A DNA stretch of 64,000 bases, taken from contig NIVC01000364.1 in the NCBI GenBank assembly GCA_002269645.1, positions 372,001 to 436,000 of the forward strand, written 5' to 3'. Below the pieces are notes generated by a model. That model saw nothing but the letters and a program-made list of their open reading frames with translations. It was not told the origin of the DNA and did not search any database. The DNA is from Macrostomum lignano (lineage: Eukaryota). The translations under genes were made by a program, and so were the position numbers. Position 1 is the first letter of the stretch. Every line of letters begins with the position of its first letter. Below are positions 29,297 through 53,610 of this stretch, in pieces.

Positions 29297-30654
29297 ATGG
29301 AAATCGGTGTCCAGTCCATCAACGAGTTCGTCCGGTCCACCACGGCCCACGGATTCAACCGGGCCTACGAGAGCAAGTCGGTGCCGATCCGGTGCATGTG
29401 GCTGCTGTTCCTGCTGGCTGCCATGGGCGGCTTCGCCTACAACCTGGCCCTGCTCATCACCAACTACCTATCGACGCCGATCTCGGCAACCATCACGCCT
29501 GGCGCAATCCAGTTCCAGACGCCCGACATCACTGTCTGCTCCGTGGCGCCCGTTTCGTCAACCAATTTCTACGAAACTGTCACTAGGCGCCCGGATGTTT
29601 TTGCCCAGTTGTACGCCCAGGCCTCAGGTGTGCAGACCACCGTCTACAGCAAAGGACTGGCCTTGTCCTCCGACATTCTGCTGCAGGTAATACATATTCT
29701 TGTTACTGGTTAGATCTTCAGTGAGTTAACACCTCCATCAAACAGCAAATCCATTCAAGTCAGTCCTCAATCTACAATAAACGATTATTAGCTAATCATT
29801 ATTTATTCTAAACGCAGGTGTCACGCGACGTATTCGACCCCAACTTACTACTAAAGTACCTTGGTCACAAGCGGGAGTACTTTATTGTACGCTGCCGATA
29901 CAAGGGCGTCACGTGCAGTTATTCGGACTTTAGCGGCTTCTGGGACAGCAAGTACGGCAACTGTTTTAGATTTCAGCCGTCAGATCAGCTGTTGGATGCC
30001 ACAAAAGATATTGTCGAGTTTCAACTTGAGTTGGTGAGTAGTTTTTTTAGTGAGTAGTTCCTTTAGCTGAAGATGTGTTGAACCGCGTCTAGTGCATATA
30101 CTTCTCACGGTTCCGATTTTTGTATATCGGACTAGCACATGCGCCCCCTTTGGGGTTACAGTAAAGAGGACTATTTTCGGAAGAAAGGACAGCTCTCCGT
30201 TGATAATTAAGCACAGTGCGAGTAGTTTTTAACTATTACTTAATCGAACACTCGGCCTCCAGATCCTGTTCACGGACACGGCCCCAGTAGTGACCAACAT
30301 AAACAGCAACACAATCTACGGGATGCTAACTGCCGGCATCACATTCGAAGGCGAGTACGACGCGTCGAAATCCGGCGGAGCGATTCTGTTCTACGGCGAC
30401 AAAGACCACTATCCCAGGGACTTCATCAACCTGTCTCCCGGGGTGCAGTCCTACGTAGATTTCCAGATGGTGGAGCATCGGTGAGAAATTCCGGCTAGAT
30501 TTATTGATTGATGGGTCAATTGATTGATTGATTGATTGATTAATTGGTTGGTTGATTTATTGATTGATTGATTGACTTATTGATTAGTTGACTGGTTGAT
30601 TTGTTGATTGCTTGATCGATCGATTAATTGATTGGTTGATTGGTTGGTTGGTTA

Positions 30655-30694
<40 letters not shown>

Positions 30695-33587
30695 ATTGAT
30701 TAATTGATGGGTCGATGGGTCGATTGACGGATTGATTGATTTAAAAAAGTGATTGCTTATTTAAAGTGGACCGATTCCTTTTATGCACAGCTGAAACAAA
30801 AGAACGTTACACTCAATTTTCTTACGTAGAATCAAGAGACTGAATTTGTCTATGGGGAAAACCCATTTAGCGTTTTGAGTTTCCCCTCCAGCGTTTCCCC
30901 TCCGGACATTGCTCCTCTAAATGAAAATGGACATGAAAGTGAAACTGGCTGCTGTGTATTGAAAAAACTTGCTAGGGAGGGGGGCAGCGGAAGATGTGGC
31001 GACTGACACATTAGACACTTAATGACGCCACGAAGGCGGCCCATTTTATTCTTGTTTTCACAGACGCAGGGGAAACGCCGGAGGCAAACGCCGGAGGGGA
31101 AACGCCAGAGGGGGAAACGCTGGAGGGAAACGCCAGAGGAGAAACGCCGGGGGGAAACGCCGGAGGGGAAACGCCAGAGGGGAAACGCCGGAGGGGGAAA
31201 CGCTGGAGGGGAAACGCCGGAGGGGAAACGCCGGAGGAGGAAACGCTGGAGGGGAAACGCCGGAGGGGAAACGCCGGAGGGGAAACGCCGGAGGGGAAAC
31301 GCCGGAGGGGAAACGCCGGAGGGGAAACGCCGGAGGGGGAAGCGCTGGAGGGGAAACGCCGGGGGAAACGCCGGAGGGGGAAACGCCGGAGGGGAAACGC
31401 CGGAGGGGAAACGCCGGAGGGGAAACGCCGGAGGGGAAACGCCGGAGGGGAAAAACCAGAGGGGAAATGTCCGGTAGAATCCTTGCAGACTTTCACCTGA
31501 ACTTGACCGCTTCTGCATGATCTAGAAATAAAAAGCAAAAAAGCCTGAGGCCTGTGCGAAGTAAAAACAGAAGGCAGGTGAAAGTTGAGCCAAATTGCAG
31601 CGGGAGGGTTCTGAGCAGAACTGAATCGCTCAAGTCGGCATGCAGTTTGAGCAAATGCTATTATCGATCGATTAGCGCTAATTGGTTTCGTAGAAAAAGT
31701 CTTCCAACGAGATTTCTTCTTTGGTAACCAAAACAAATACTGCATTCCGCTAGTGTCTTCAAGCATCTTTGCAGTCGCTGTTCTCAGTGGTGAGCGGTAG
31801 AACACTGGATCTCTGTGTCTCTGTGTGGATCAAATTGATTATATTTCTCGTTGTCAAAGCGACGTCTGATTCAACTCTGAAAAAAAAGCGGAGCGGACAT
31901 AATTGACCCAGACTAATGAGCCAATTAGACAATTATTTTTTTTCTGTGGTGTCTTTTTGGCCAATTGTAAACAACGTTTTATCGACATTCAATGGAAAAT
32001 CAAACTTTTCTGCGCTTTTGCATAGAACGTTGTGGCAGGCGTTTTCATCCTGTCATGGGTTGAAATACGAGTATGCACTCCTCAATATTGAGCTGGGGAG
32101 AAACGTGTAAAGGCCGCGTGGACAACTGATGCAAAAGGACGATAGACTCGGTTTTCTTAGAAGTGAGCTGGAGGCTGGTAGAGAATGTTCATGTATTTTT
32201 CTCGAATCGCTAGTGAATTTAGTGTGCAGTTGTGTCGAGAACTCATAGCGCTGAATGGGGTTTTGCCATAGACAAAATCGGTCGAGAAAAATTCGATTTT
32301 ACTACAGTTGTCCAATGAGATCAAGGACTTCAATAAGTAATTACGATTTTAAAAATCAACCAACCAACCAATCAGACAATCAATCAGACAATCAATCAAT
32401 CAGACAATCAATCAGACAATCAATCAATCAGACAATCAATCAATCAGACAATCAATCAATCAGACAATCAATCAATCAGACAATCAATCAGACAATCAAT
32501 CAATCAGACAATCAATCAATCAGACAATCAATCAATCAGACAATCAATCAATCAGACAATCAATCAGACAATCAATCAATCAGACAATCAATCAGACAAT
32601 CAATCAGACAATCAATCAGACAATCAATCAGACAATCAATCAGACAATTAATCAATCAGACAATCAACCAACCAATCAATCAGACAATCAATCAGACAAT
32701 CAATCAGACAATCAATCAGACAATTAATCAGACAATCAATCAGACAATCAACCAACCAATCAATCAGACAATCAATCAATCAATTAATCAATCAATCAAT
32801 CAATTAATCAATCAATCAGACAATCAATTAATCAATTAATCAATCAGACAATCAATCAGACAATCAATCAGACAATCAATCAGACAATCAATCAGACAAT
32901 CAATCAGACAATCAATCAGACAATCAATCAGACAATCAATCAATCAATTAATCAATCAATCAATCAATTAATCAATCAATCAGACAATCAATTAATCAAT
33001 TAATCAATCAGACAATCAATCAGACAATCAATCAGACAATCAATCAGACAATCAATCAGACAATCAATCAGACAATCAATCAGACAATCAATCAGACAAT
33101 CAATCAGACAATCAATCAGACAATCAATCAGACAATCAATCAGACAATCAATCAATCAGACAATCAATCAATCAGACAATCAATCAGACAATCAATCAGA
33201 CAATCAATCAGACAATCAATCAGACAATCAATCAGACAATCAATCAGACAATCAATCAATCAGACAATCAATCAATCAGACAATCAATCAGACAATCAAT
33301 CAATCAGACAATCAACCAACCAATCAATCAGACAATCAATCAGACAATTAATCAGACAATCAATCAGACAATCAACCAACCAATCAATCAGACAATCAAT
33401 CAATCAATTAATCAATCAATCAATCAATTAATCAATCAATCAGACAATCAATTAATCAATCAATTAATCAATCAATTAATCAATCAATTAATCAATCAAT
33501 TAATCAATCAATTAATCAATCAATTAATCAATCAATTAATCAATCAATCAGACAATCAATCAATCAATCAACCAATCGATCGATCAG

Positions 33588-33622
<35 letters not shown>

Positions 33623-35111
33623 GACAATCAATCAACCAACCAACCAATCGAAAATCCTCCCAACCCACCAAAGCTACGTGAACCGGAACTCGAAGCCCTG
33701 CAGCAGCGCTAATGGCCACGTGTTCTACGAGGACTCCAGCGGCAGCCGAATCAGATTCAAGCGGAACCGCATCGACTGCCAATACCGGATGCTGCTTGAC
33801 AAGATTTTCGCCGACTGCAGCTGCTTCTCAACCCGCATGGCGCCACCGTATTTCACTGTCGCCGAGCAGTTTAACGTTAGCCGCTGCCAGTACCTGGACA
33901 GCGCCACGAACAGTTCCATCTTCATCGCCAAGCGGAACTGCGAGAAGCAACGAATCGAGACTAAGAGCACCTACTTCAACGACATCGTGTCCAGCTGCCT
34001 GCCGAACTGCATCGAACGAATCTACACTCCCATCATCTCCATGACCTCCTGGCCATTGAACAGCCTAGCAGTGAAATGCAAGGATACGGTGATGAACGAA
34101 ACCATCGACCGGCTGGTGGCCAACAATGTCACCGTGCCGGACACGTTCTACTACTTCCTGCGCAACCTCACCACAATTGCCGATGTGCAGCGCGAATTTT
34201 CAAGCAACTTTGCCCAAGTCAGCCTCGGCGCCTACACGGCCTTCAGCGAGCTGGTGAAGGAGACCGAGTCCTTCCAGATATTCGACCTGTTCTCCAGCAT
34301 CGGCGGCATTCTCGGCCTCTATCTGGGCATGTCGCTGCTCACCGTGTGCGAGCTGTGCGAGCTGTTCTTCGTAGTCATCTCCGAGCTGCAGACGGCCGCC
34401 AAAGGCTACAAGGACCGCAAAGAGTGGAAGGAGCAGCTGCGGCACAAACGCCAGGTGGCCATCCGAGCGCTGAGCCGCGTGCTGGCCGTCCAGGACCTCG
34501 GAGACGACGACCCGGAGAAGGTCAGCGGCTCGGACACCAGCAGCCTGGACACGGGGCGCTCCAGCCTGGACACCAGCCTGGCCGAGGAGATCCGGGCACC
34601 ACCGGCGAAGAAGAATCCTCCGGCGATGACGGCGACAGTGACGGCTGTGACAGCGCCGGCGTCGAAGCCGCAGTCTCAGGCCAGGTTCCCGTCAGTCAGC
34701 AGGCTGCAGATGTTCAGCAGGCAGCAGGCTGGAAGGAAACAGCAGCCGCCGCCGCCACCACCGCCGCCACCGCCAAAGGCGAAGCCGCCGCCGCCACCAC
34801 CGCCGCCACCGCCAAAGGCGAAGCCGCCGTCGCAGCAGCAGCAGCAGGCGACGAAGCCACGCGTCACCCGCGTGACCCCGCCATGCCCGGGCAGCCGGTG
34901 TACAAGGAGTGACGGGTGCACCGCGGGAGCAACTGTTGGAGTGAAGACGTGTAACGTCAAACTGGAACATGCTAGGGCCTTCAACTTTTTTGGGGAAATT
35001 CTGGGGAAATCCAGTTATCCATTTTTGCATCAGGCCTTCAAGTTCGAGTCCTTTTTCAATATCTACACAATCTCTCCACACATCTTTCTCTCGTCCTCTC
35101 ACTATCCCTGA
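29297..35111 (+). CDS. DEG/ENaC (amiloride-sensitive sodium channel superfamily) subunit
   Basis: Exons 29297-29686, 29818-30033, 30263-30480, 33674-35111, with consistent phases 0/0/2. Pre-TM1 HG motif (STTAHG), TM1, PDITVC, YGNCF, Cys-rich thumb and TM2 FSSIGGILGLYLGMSLLTVCELCE. The 3' end beyond about 34900 is uncertain (read-through to the ORF stop versus a further splice). Confidence 0.9.
30500..30742. repeat. (TTGA)n-type tetranucleotide array at the 5' end of DEG/ENaC intron 3
   Basis: Degenerate ttga/ttgg/gatc repeats starting about 20 nt after the donor at 30481. Confidence 0.9.
31065..31465. repeat. 14-bp GC-rich tandem repeat (cggaggggaaacgc)
   Basis: Tandem copies. Explains ORFs 30850-31805. 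Confidence 0.9.
32355..33650. repeat. (TCAA)n/(ATCAGACA) array at the 3' end of DEG/ENaC intron 3
   Basis: About 1.3 kb of atca-type repeats ending about 23 nt before the acceptor at 33673. Confidence 0.95.
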
Positions 35112-35412
35112 CCATCTCTTCCTCCGTCTCCATCCCTCCTTGTGCCATTCAATTTCGCAGTGATTCAATATTTTATTTTTGAAAGCAAAAACTTTAAACA
35201 ATTTTTTTCTCAAATTAGAAAATGAAAACAAAAATGCACCAAACACAGTCCACTTGTTATTCAACGTTACACCTGTACGCATCCTTGATTCGCACAATCA
35301 GGAAGTCTAATATTGTCAGGTAGAATTTATCAGCGTGTTTTATGAAAACGACCATGTAGATAGACTGATGGTTGAGTGATTATTTTTCTACTACAGGTAC
35401 TAGTATGCACTA

Positions 35413-35600
35413 CTTGTAAAAGTACATTCACGTTCTTATAATGAGCCTGAGTCTGAGCGTCATGCTGTGGACAGCTTGTAAAAGTACATTCACGTTCTTA
35501 TAATGAGTCCCGTGTCTGAACGTCATGCTGTGGACAGCTTGTAAAAGTACATTCACGTTCTTATAATGAGCCTGAGTCTGAACGTCATGCTGTGGACAGT
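35413..35600. repeat. 62-63 bp tandem repeat, 3 copies
   Basis: cttgtaaaagtacattcacgttcttataatgag... at 35413, 35475 and 35538. Confidence 0.85.
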
Positions 35601-36481
35601 TCTTTAGTCCGACACGGGTCTCTATTTTTTAAACTGTTTTGACAAACTTTCCTATTTTAAAATTCATGTACATTTTAGAATTTGATACCTACTCGATTTC
35701 GAACTGTAATTTTGCACTACCCTCTGCTAACTCTGATTACACAAGCAACCAATGGCAGCACGGTGAGCACAAAGCTTTGAGAACACAGACACAAATACCA
35801 CATGCAAAAGCATCTATAAACGCGAATATTTAAACCACAACGATTTTTAAAAAAATGCAAACTCTGAATGAATGTGACAGTACCGTATTTCTTACTACGC
35901 AAGCAGACAGATTTTAGCAAGTTGTTCCATTCTCAAAATAAACAACAGATTTTACAATTGGTTTGCCATTGGTGCATTCTGAAAACATGCATTGGCTACT
36001 TTTCGCCAAACGGGGGACAAGGGGGGGGGCATGTCCTACCCAAATACAGTTACGGGTAACATGCTACAAAGTGCCCCAACCAAGACAATTGAGGTAGCAG
36101 GAAGACTCATTTTTCTTAGAAATGAGCGGGAGGCTAGTGAGGAACATGCGCATGCATTTGTCTAATCGCTAGTGCCCATAGCTCTGAATAGGGGGTTTTG
36201 CCATAGACAGATTCAGACAAGAAAAATCCAATTCATTACCGAGATCCAGTTCATTTCGAAGAAATTCGATCGAGTGTAGCGCACCTTTACTTCAGGTGAT
36301 CACGCAAAAAATTACCAACGCGCCTCTATCAAAAAAGTTATTTACACCTACCTGAATCTCTGGAATCTTACAGTGCTATAAGAGCAATTTGATGGTCAGA
36401 GAGTGCAATTGTGTTTGATGGCGGTAAAGCACTGTTATCATGTTTTAATTCACCGTGTTTGCAAAATATTCTGCTGAGCAT

Positions 36482-36535
36482 GGAGGGTTGTAGCCTAGTG
36501 GTTAGAGCTTCAGACTCACGACTTGAAGGTCGCAG
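36482..36535 (+). mobile_element. 5' head fragment of the CORE-like SINE
   Basis: ggagggttgtagcctagtggttagagcttcagactcacgacttgaaggtcg matches the 5' end of the copies at 37570-37895 and 61841-62156, then breaks off before the B box. Confidence 0.6.
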
Positions 36536-36629
36536 ACTCACGCAGACGGTGCAAGAGATGCTGACGGTCCAGGCACTCTACCGGCGGGGACAGACATGCG
36601 CTCGGTGTTTCGTCGACTGCCTGTCTGGC

Positions 36630-36750
36630 TGACGCCAACGCCCTGGATTCGGTCGGTAGCGTGGCCTATGCTCGCGCCCTGAGACGCGATGACGCCAGCG
36701 CCCCGGATTCGGTCGGTAGCGTGGCTTATGTTCGCGCTCTATGATGCGAT
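36630..36750. repeat. 60-bp direct duplication
   Basis: gacgcca(a/g)cgccc(t/c)ggattcggtcggtagcgtggc... occurs twice, 60 bp apart. Confidence 0.8.
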
Positions 36751-37012
36751 GCTGTTTTTAAAAGACCTGACAGCGTATTTTGTTTTTTGTTTTTGTTGTC
36801 GACGAAGCATTCACTGTTCGTTCTCGGCTTTATGATATTAACTATTTTGACGAGAATTAGCCCCATCTCAACTCGTAGTTAAACACACGATTTTTCTAAG
36901 TGTTTTAACGCGGCATTCCTTTGAATTTATAACTACCTTTAGGGTACTTGACTCTACAATGAAAAGTTTATGCAACAACGTGTTTAGAGTCAAAGGCCAA
37001 ACACCAAAGTAG

Positions 37013-38493
37013 CTACTGCTGGTTAAGCGGATCAGCCCAGGTATCGTAGGCTGGCGCAGTGGAGCCGCTGGGCGCGGGGAACAGGCAGCAGGTGAGCAGA
37101 TTAGCCAGCAATCCCACGGCTAGCAGACAGCCGGGCAGCAGGAACACCAAAGCCAGCTGAGTGTACAACACGCTACCGTCAATCAGCAGCAGTAGCAGAA
37201 GCAGCAAGCTGGCCGCGGCAGCAACGCAGTAAATTGGCGTGAAGAACAGCGTGTAGAACTCCTGCCAGGGCCGGTCGTCCAGCAGGAACAGGTGCTGGTC
37301 GATGACGCCCTCGCCTGGCGCCCAGTGACGCTTGCCGCCTCTGGCGCTGCCTGCGGAGCTCAGCAGAATTTGATGCTGCGCCAGCTGCTGGTGCTGCTGA
37401 GCCTGCTGCTGCCCGGACCGAGCCAGGCCGCTGCTCCACTCGTCCGGCCCGACCGAGGTCTCGCTGCCGTCTGCGGTAGGCCGGTTCGGGTCTGCCCGTC
37501 TGGATGCTTTCTTGCCTGTCTTAACATCTGTTTGTCTTAGTGCTTGTCTATTCTAGTGCCTGTTCATCTTATTAATAATACAGTTTATTATAACGATTAA
37601 TTAAATCTGACCCAATTGGATCAGATATGAAACCGACAGCTCAGCCGCAGCTATTGCGCGACGCATCTGAAGGCTGCGTACGGCTGTTCAGTCCAAGGAC
37701 TGGGGGGGGGGGAGGTCGCCACACACACCCTCAATTACCCCAGCTAATGCTGACAACCATTTTACAGCTGGGTGAACTGAAGCAATGCAGAGTGTCATGC
37801 TCAAGGACACAAACTGTTCCGAGTGAGTCGAGAATCGAGCCTCCGACCTTTCAGTCGTGAGTCCGAAGCTCTGACCATTAGGCTACAACCCCTCCTGTCC
37901 GTCTAAGAGTACGTCTATCTTATTGTCTTAGTATCTGTCTGTCAATCTCTGTCAGTCTCACTGCCGAGTCTTGCCCAGACCCCCTATCACAGTTCCGGCC
38001 GTCGCCGCTCACCCAGCCTAGCAGTATTTCCCATATAATTGAGATCCTCGGCCTCCCAGTCCTCATCCGTGGTGGACACCGGCGAGTCAGACGGATAGCC
38101 GGCTATGAGCTTCTGATTGGCCCGCCGGAACATCCTGGGATGCATGCCGCTCTGCCGAGTCGTGCTGCTCCCTCTGCCATAGGCGCCGCCGCCGCCGCCA
38201 CCGCCACCGCCGCTGCCACCGCCGCCACCGCCGCCGCCACCACCGCCGCCACTGATGCCGCCGACACCACCGCCGCCACCGCCCTCTCCGCCTCCGGCAC
38301 CTCCAGCCGTGCCACCAGCCCCGGCGCCATTGTTAGCACCTGGGCTGGCAGAGTTCGGGTTTGCAACGCCTGCAGCGCCACCGCTGACGCCGCCAGCCCC
38401 TGCGGATCCTCCGGCCGCCGCCGCTGCTGATGCTGTGTTTCCCGCCTGTTTGTAACGCCGCAAAGCTTCGCTAGGTTTAGTTGCCGGTCGCAT
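37013..38493 (-). CDS. Uncharacterised Gly-rich protein with two C-terminal hydrophobic segments (about 312 aa)
   Basis: Exon 38493-38013 (ATG, poly-Gly, STTDEDWEAED, donor G|gtgagc) joins in phase 1 to exon 37470-37013 (ccgcag acceptor; Q-rich, then FYTLFFTPIYCVAAAASLLLLLLLLIDGSVLYTQLALVFLLPGCLLAVGLLANLLTCCLF). GC-rich coding-like composition. No family recognised. Confidence 0.65.
37570..37895 (-). mobile_element. tRNA-derived SINE with CORE-like central domain, in the intron of the Gly-rich gene
   Basis: The reverse complement aligns along its length with 61841-62156: A/B boxes, gtgtccttgagca...cttcagttcacccagctgtaaaatg and the shared 3' body. Confidence 0.8.
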
Positions 38494-38729
38494 GCTTGTT
38501 TATATGTAGTTTTTTTATGCTTCTAAATGAACGTACACAGTATCAGTAAGAGTTATGAATGAGTCCTTTTTAGATTTGCGGCAATAACGTTTAAAGGAAA
38601 GTTTTGATGCGCTAGCTGTTTTAGCCATAAACTATTGAATTCAACTAAAGGGCAAGTAATCAACAAATTAAAAGCCGCGAAAATTAATCTATGTACTCTT
38701 AAAGTATTCTATTCATTCATCCATGACTC

Positions 38730-39220
38730 TTAACCCACCCCTGTGCTTGGGGGCTGGGTGCGCACGCCGCTGCTGTGGCTCAGCTTGTCCCTCTTACCCC
38801 ACCCCTCTGTGCTTGGGGGGGGGGGTGCGCACGCCGCTGCTGTGGCTCAGCTTGTCCCTCTTACCCCACCCCTCTGTGCTTGGGGGGGGGGGGTGCGCAC
38901 GCCGCTGCTGTGGCTCAGCTTGTCCCTCTTACCCCACCCCTCTGTGCTTGGGGGGGGGTGCGCACGCCGCTGCTGTGGCTCAGCTTGTCCCTCTTACCCC
39001 ACTCCTCTGTGCTTGGGGGGGGGGTGCGCACGCCGCTGCTGTGGCTCAGCTTGTCCCTCTTACCCCACCCCTCTGTGCTTGGGGGGGGGGGTGCGCACGC
39101 CGCTGCTGTGGCTCAGCTTGTCCCTCTTACCCCACCCCTCTGTGCTTGGGGGGGGGGGGGGTGCGCACGCCGCTTCTGTGGCTCAGCCTGTCCCTCTTAC
39201 CCCATCCCTCTGTGCTTGGG
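38730..39220. repeat. about 63-bp minisatellite with variable poly-G tract
   Basis: Tandem gtgcgcacgccgctgctgtggctcagcttgtccctcttaccccacccctctgtgctt(g)n. Confidence 0.9.
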
Positions 39221-40194
39221 TGTTTGTGACTCAGTTATCAATAATTTGATGCATACTCTCGTAGACGAAACACAATACTGTACAGTAGTTTAAAAATGTG
39301 TTCATTTAAAAGTCTACAGATTTTTATTTTAAAGATTGGTCAAAGAGAAGACATTAATTCGACACTGAAACTGCTGCGTTTATTTGCAAAAATTACACCG
39401 AATTTATTGATTTTCAGGCTATAGAGAACCAAATCCGTTTGATAATACACTCACTCTGCATCTCCTCTTCACCTTCCACCGGTCATTTGTATCTTTCCCT
39501 CCAATCTCCCTTCTCTCTCCTCTCTTGTGGTTCTCTAGTCAGGCATGCATCCACACGGTGATATGAAAGTTCAAGACAACAGTTCAGTTAAATGTCGGGT
39601 TGAATCAAATCGACGGAGAGAAACTACGAGCAGCTTTAAAACAACTCACATAACTCGTATTGATAATATAGTGAAACGTATCTCTGGGGCGCAAAAAATA
39701 CACGGATCAATCAGAGTGCATTGGCAAGCATGCAAAAAATTCATTTGCGCTGAGTGCATAATAAATTAGTGTTAGCTAATCTATCTATATATATATAGTC
39801 AAAACATTTATATGCAAAATCTTATATTATTCTCTTGAAATAAAAACAACTATTGAAAATAAAGTGACACACTGTTCGCATTGTTGGACATTGCACCAAG
39901 TGACTACTGGCTGACTACTGGCTGACGGTATGAACTATGGAGCTCTACAGAAGACAAAAAATTCTATGCTGCTGTCAGATTAAAACAAAAAATTATTCGA
40001 AAAGCAAAAAAGCAGGAAAAGGGAAGGAGAAAAAAAAAACAGAAAAAGACAACAATTAGTAACACAATAAAAGCGAGTGAAAGTTTCTATAAGTCAAAGC
40101 GGGCTCAACTACCCAGAGCTCGCGATGCGTCACTGACTCGTGTAGCTTGCGCAACATATCGCCAGTTCTGTGATGCAGCTGGTTTTTCAGCGTG

Positions 40195-40900
40195 GCGCCG
40201 AGTTGTTTTGGGTTTGGGCGCCCAGTTGTTTTGGATTGGGCGCCGATTTGTTTTGGATTGGGCGCCGATTTGTTTTGGGTTTGGGCGCCGATTTGTTTTG
40301 GATTGGGCGCCGATTTGTTTTGGATTGGGCGCTTATTTGTTTTGGGTTTGGGCGCCGGGTTGTTTTGGGATTGGGCGCCCAGTTGTTTTGGGTTTTGGCG
40401 CCCAGTTGTTTTGGATTGGGCGCCCAGTTGTTTTGGGTTTGAGCGCCCAGTTGTTTTGGGTTTTGGCGCCCAGTTGTTTTGGATTGGGCGCCCAGTTGTT
40501 TTGGGTTTGAGCGCCCAGTTGTTTTGGGTTTTGGCGCCCAGTTGTTTTGGGTTTGGGCGCCCAGTTGTTTTGGATTGGGCGCCCAGTTGTTTTGGATTGG
40601 GCGCCCAGTTGTTTTGGATTGGGCGCCCAGTTGTTTTGGATTGGGCGCCGAGTTGTTTTGGATTGGGCGCCCAGTTGTTTTGGGTTTGGGCGCCGATTTG
40701 TTTTGGATTGGGCGCCCAGTTGTTTTGGATTGGGCGCCGATTTGTTTTGGATTGGGCGCCCAGTTGTTTTGGATTGGGCGCCCAGTTGTTTTGGATTGGG
40801 CGCCCAGTTGTTTTGGATTGGGCGCCCAGTTGTTTTGGATTGGGCGCCCAGTTGTTTTGGATTGGGCGCCCAGTTTTTTTGGGTTTGGGCGTCGAGTTAT
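40195..40900. repeat. 22-bp minisatellite (ttttggattgggcgcccagttg)
   Basis: Tandem copies. Explains ORFs 40056-40991. Confidence 0.95.
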
Positions 40901-41454
40901 TTTGAAGTTGGCGCCAATATTTCTGGTTACGTCTTGAAAGGAACCATTTGCTAATTATAGAAGCTGTATAGATTTTAAAAATACGAAACACCTGATCTCA
41001 ACGAATATTTCAAATTTTCATGCTTGATGAAGAAAAAGAGAGAAAGCAAAGCGACTAATGTGGGAAAAAAGACGGAAAAGAAACTGATTGAATAGCACAG
41101 CATGCTGCTGGTAGCTGCATCGACGGACGAGCCAAAAGTCGATAAAAAATAAGAATCGTAAAACAGCAGAAAAATGTCATGGGTCGCATTGTTGTCAAAT
41201 TATCTGAATAAATAATGCTGGCAAAAAACTTTAACTTCAATTAAGGGGAAGTCCAGGTGTGAAACATAAAAATTCTCAAAATGAAATTTGTTAGTTTGTT
41301 TTGAAAATAACGTTTTTTTGAATAAATTTACGGACTTTATGGCGAAAAAAATAGGGTTACATAAAATATTGTATTTTGCATGGCAAACTTCTGTCTCTTC
41401 CCTCAATTAATTCTGTCTCATTGCATTGCATGCACTTTCTCGCCTGTGGTGCTC

Positions 41455-53610
<12,156 letters not shown>

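Noticed and set aside
32257-36210. Resemblance of CCATAGACAG to the REST/RE1 half-site near neuronal genes
   Set aside because: The left RE1 half (TTCAGCACC) is absent, and the motif sits within a longer dispersed repeat.
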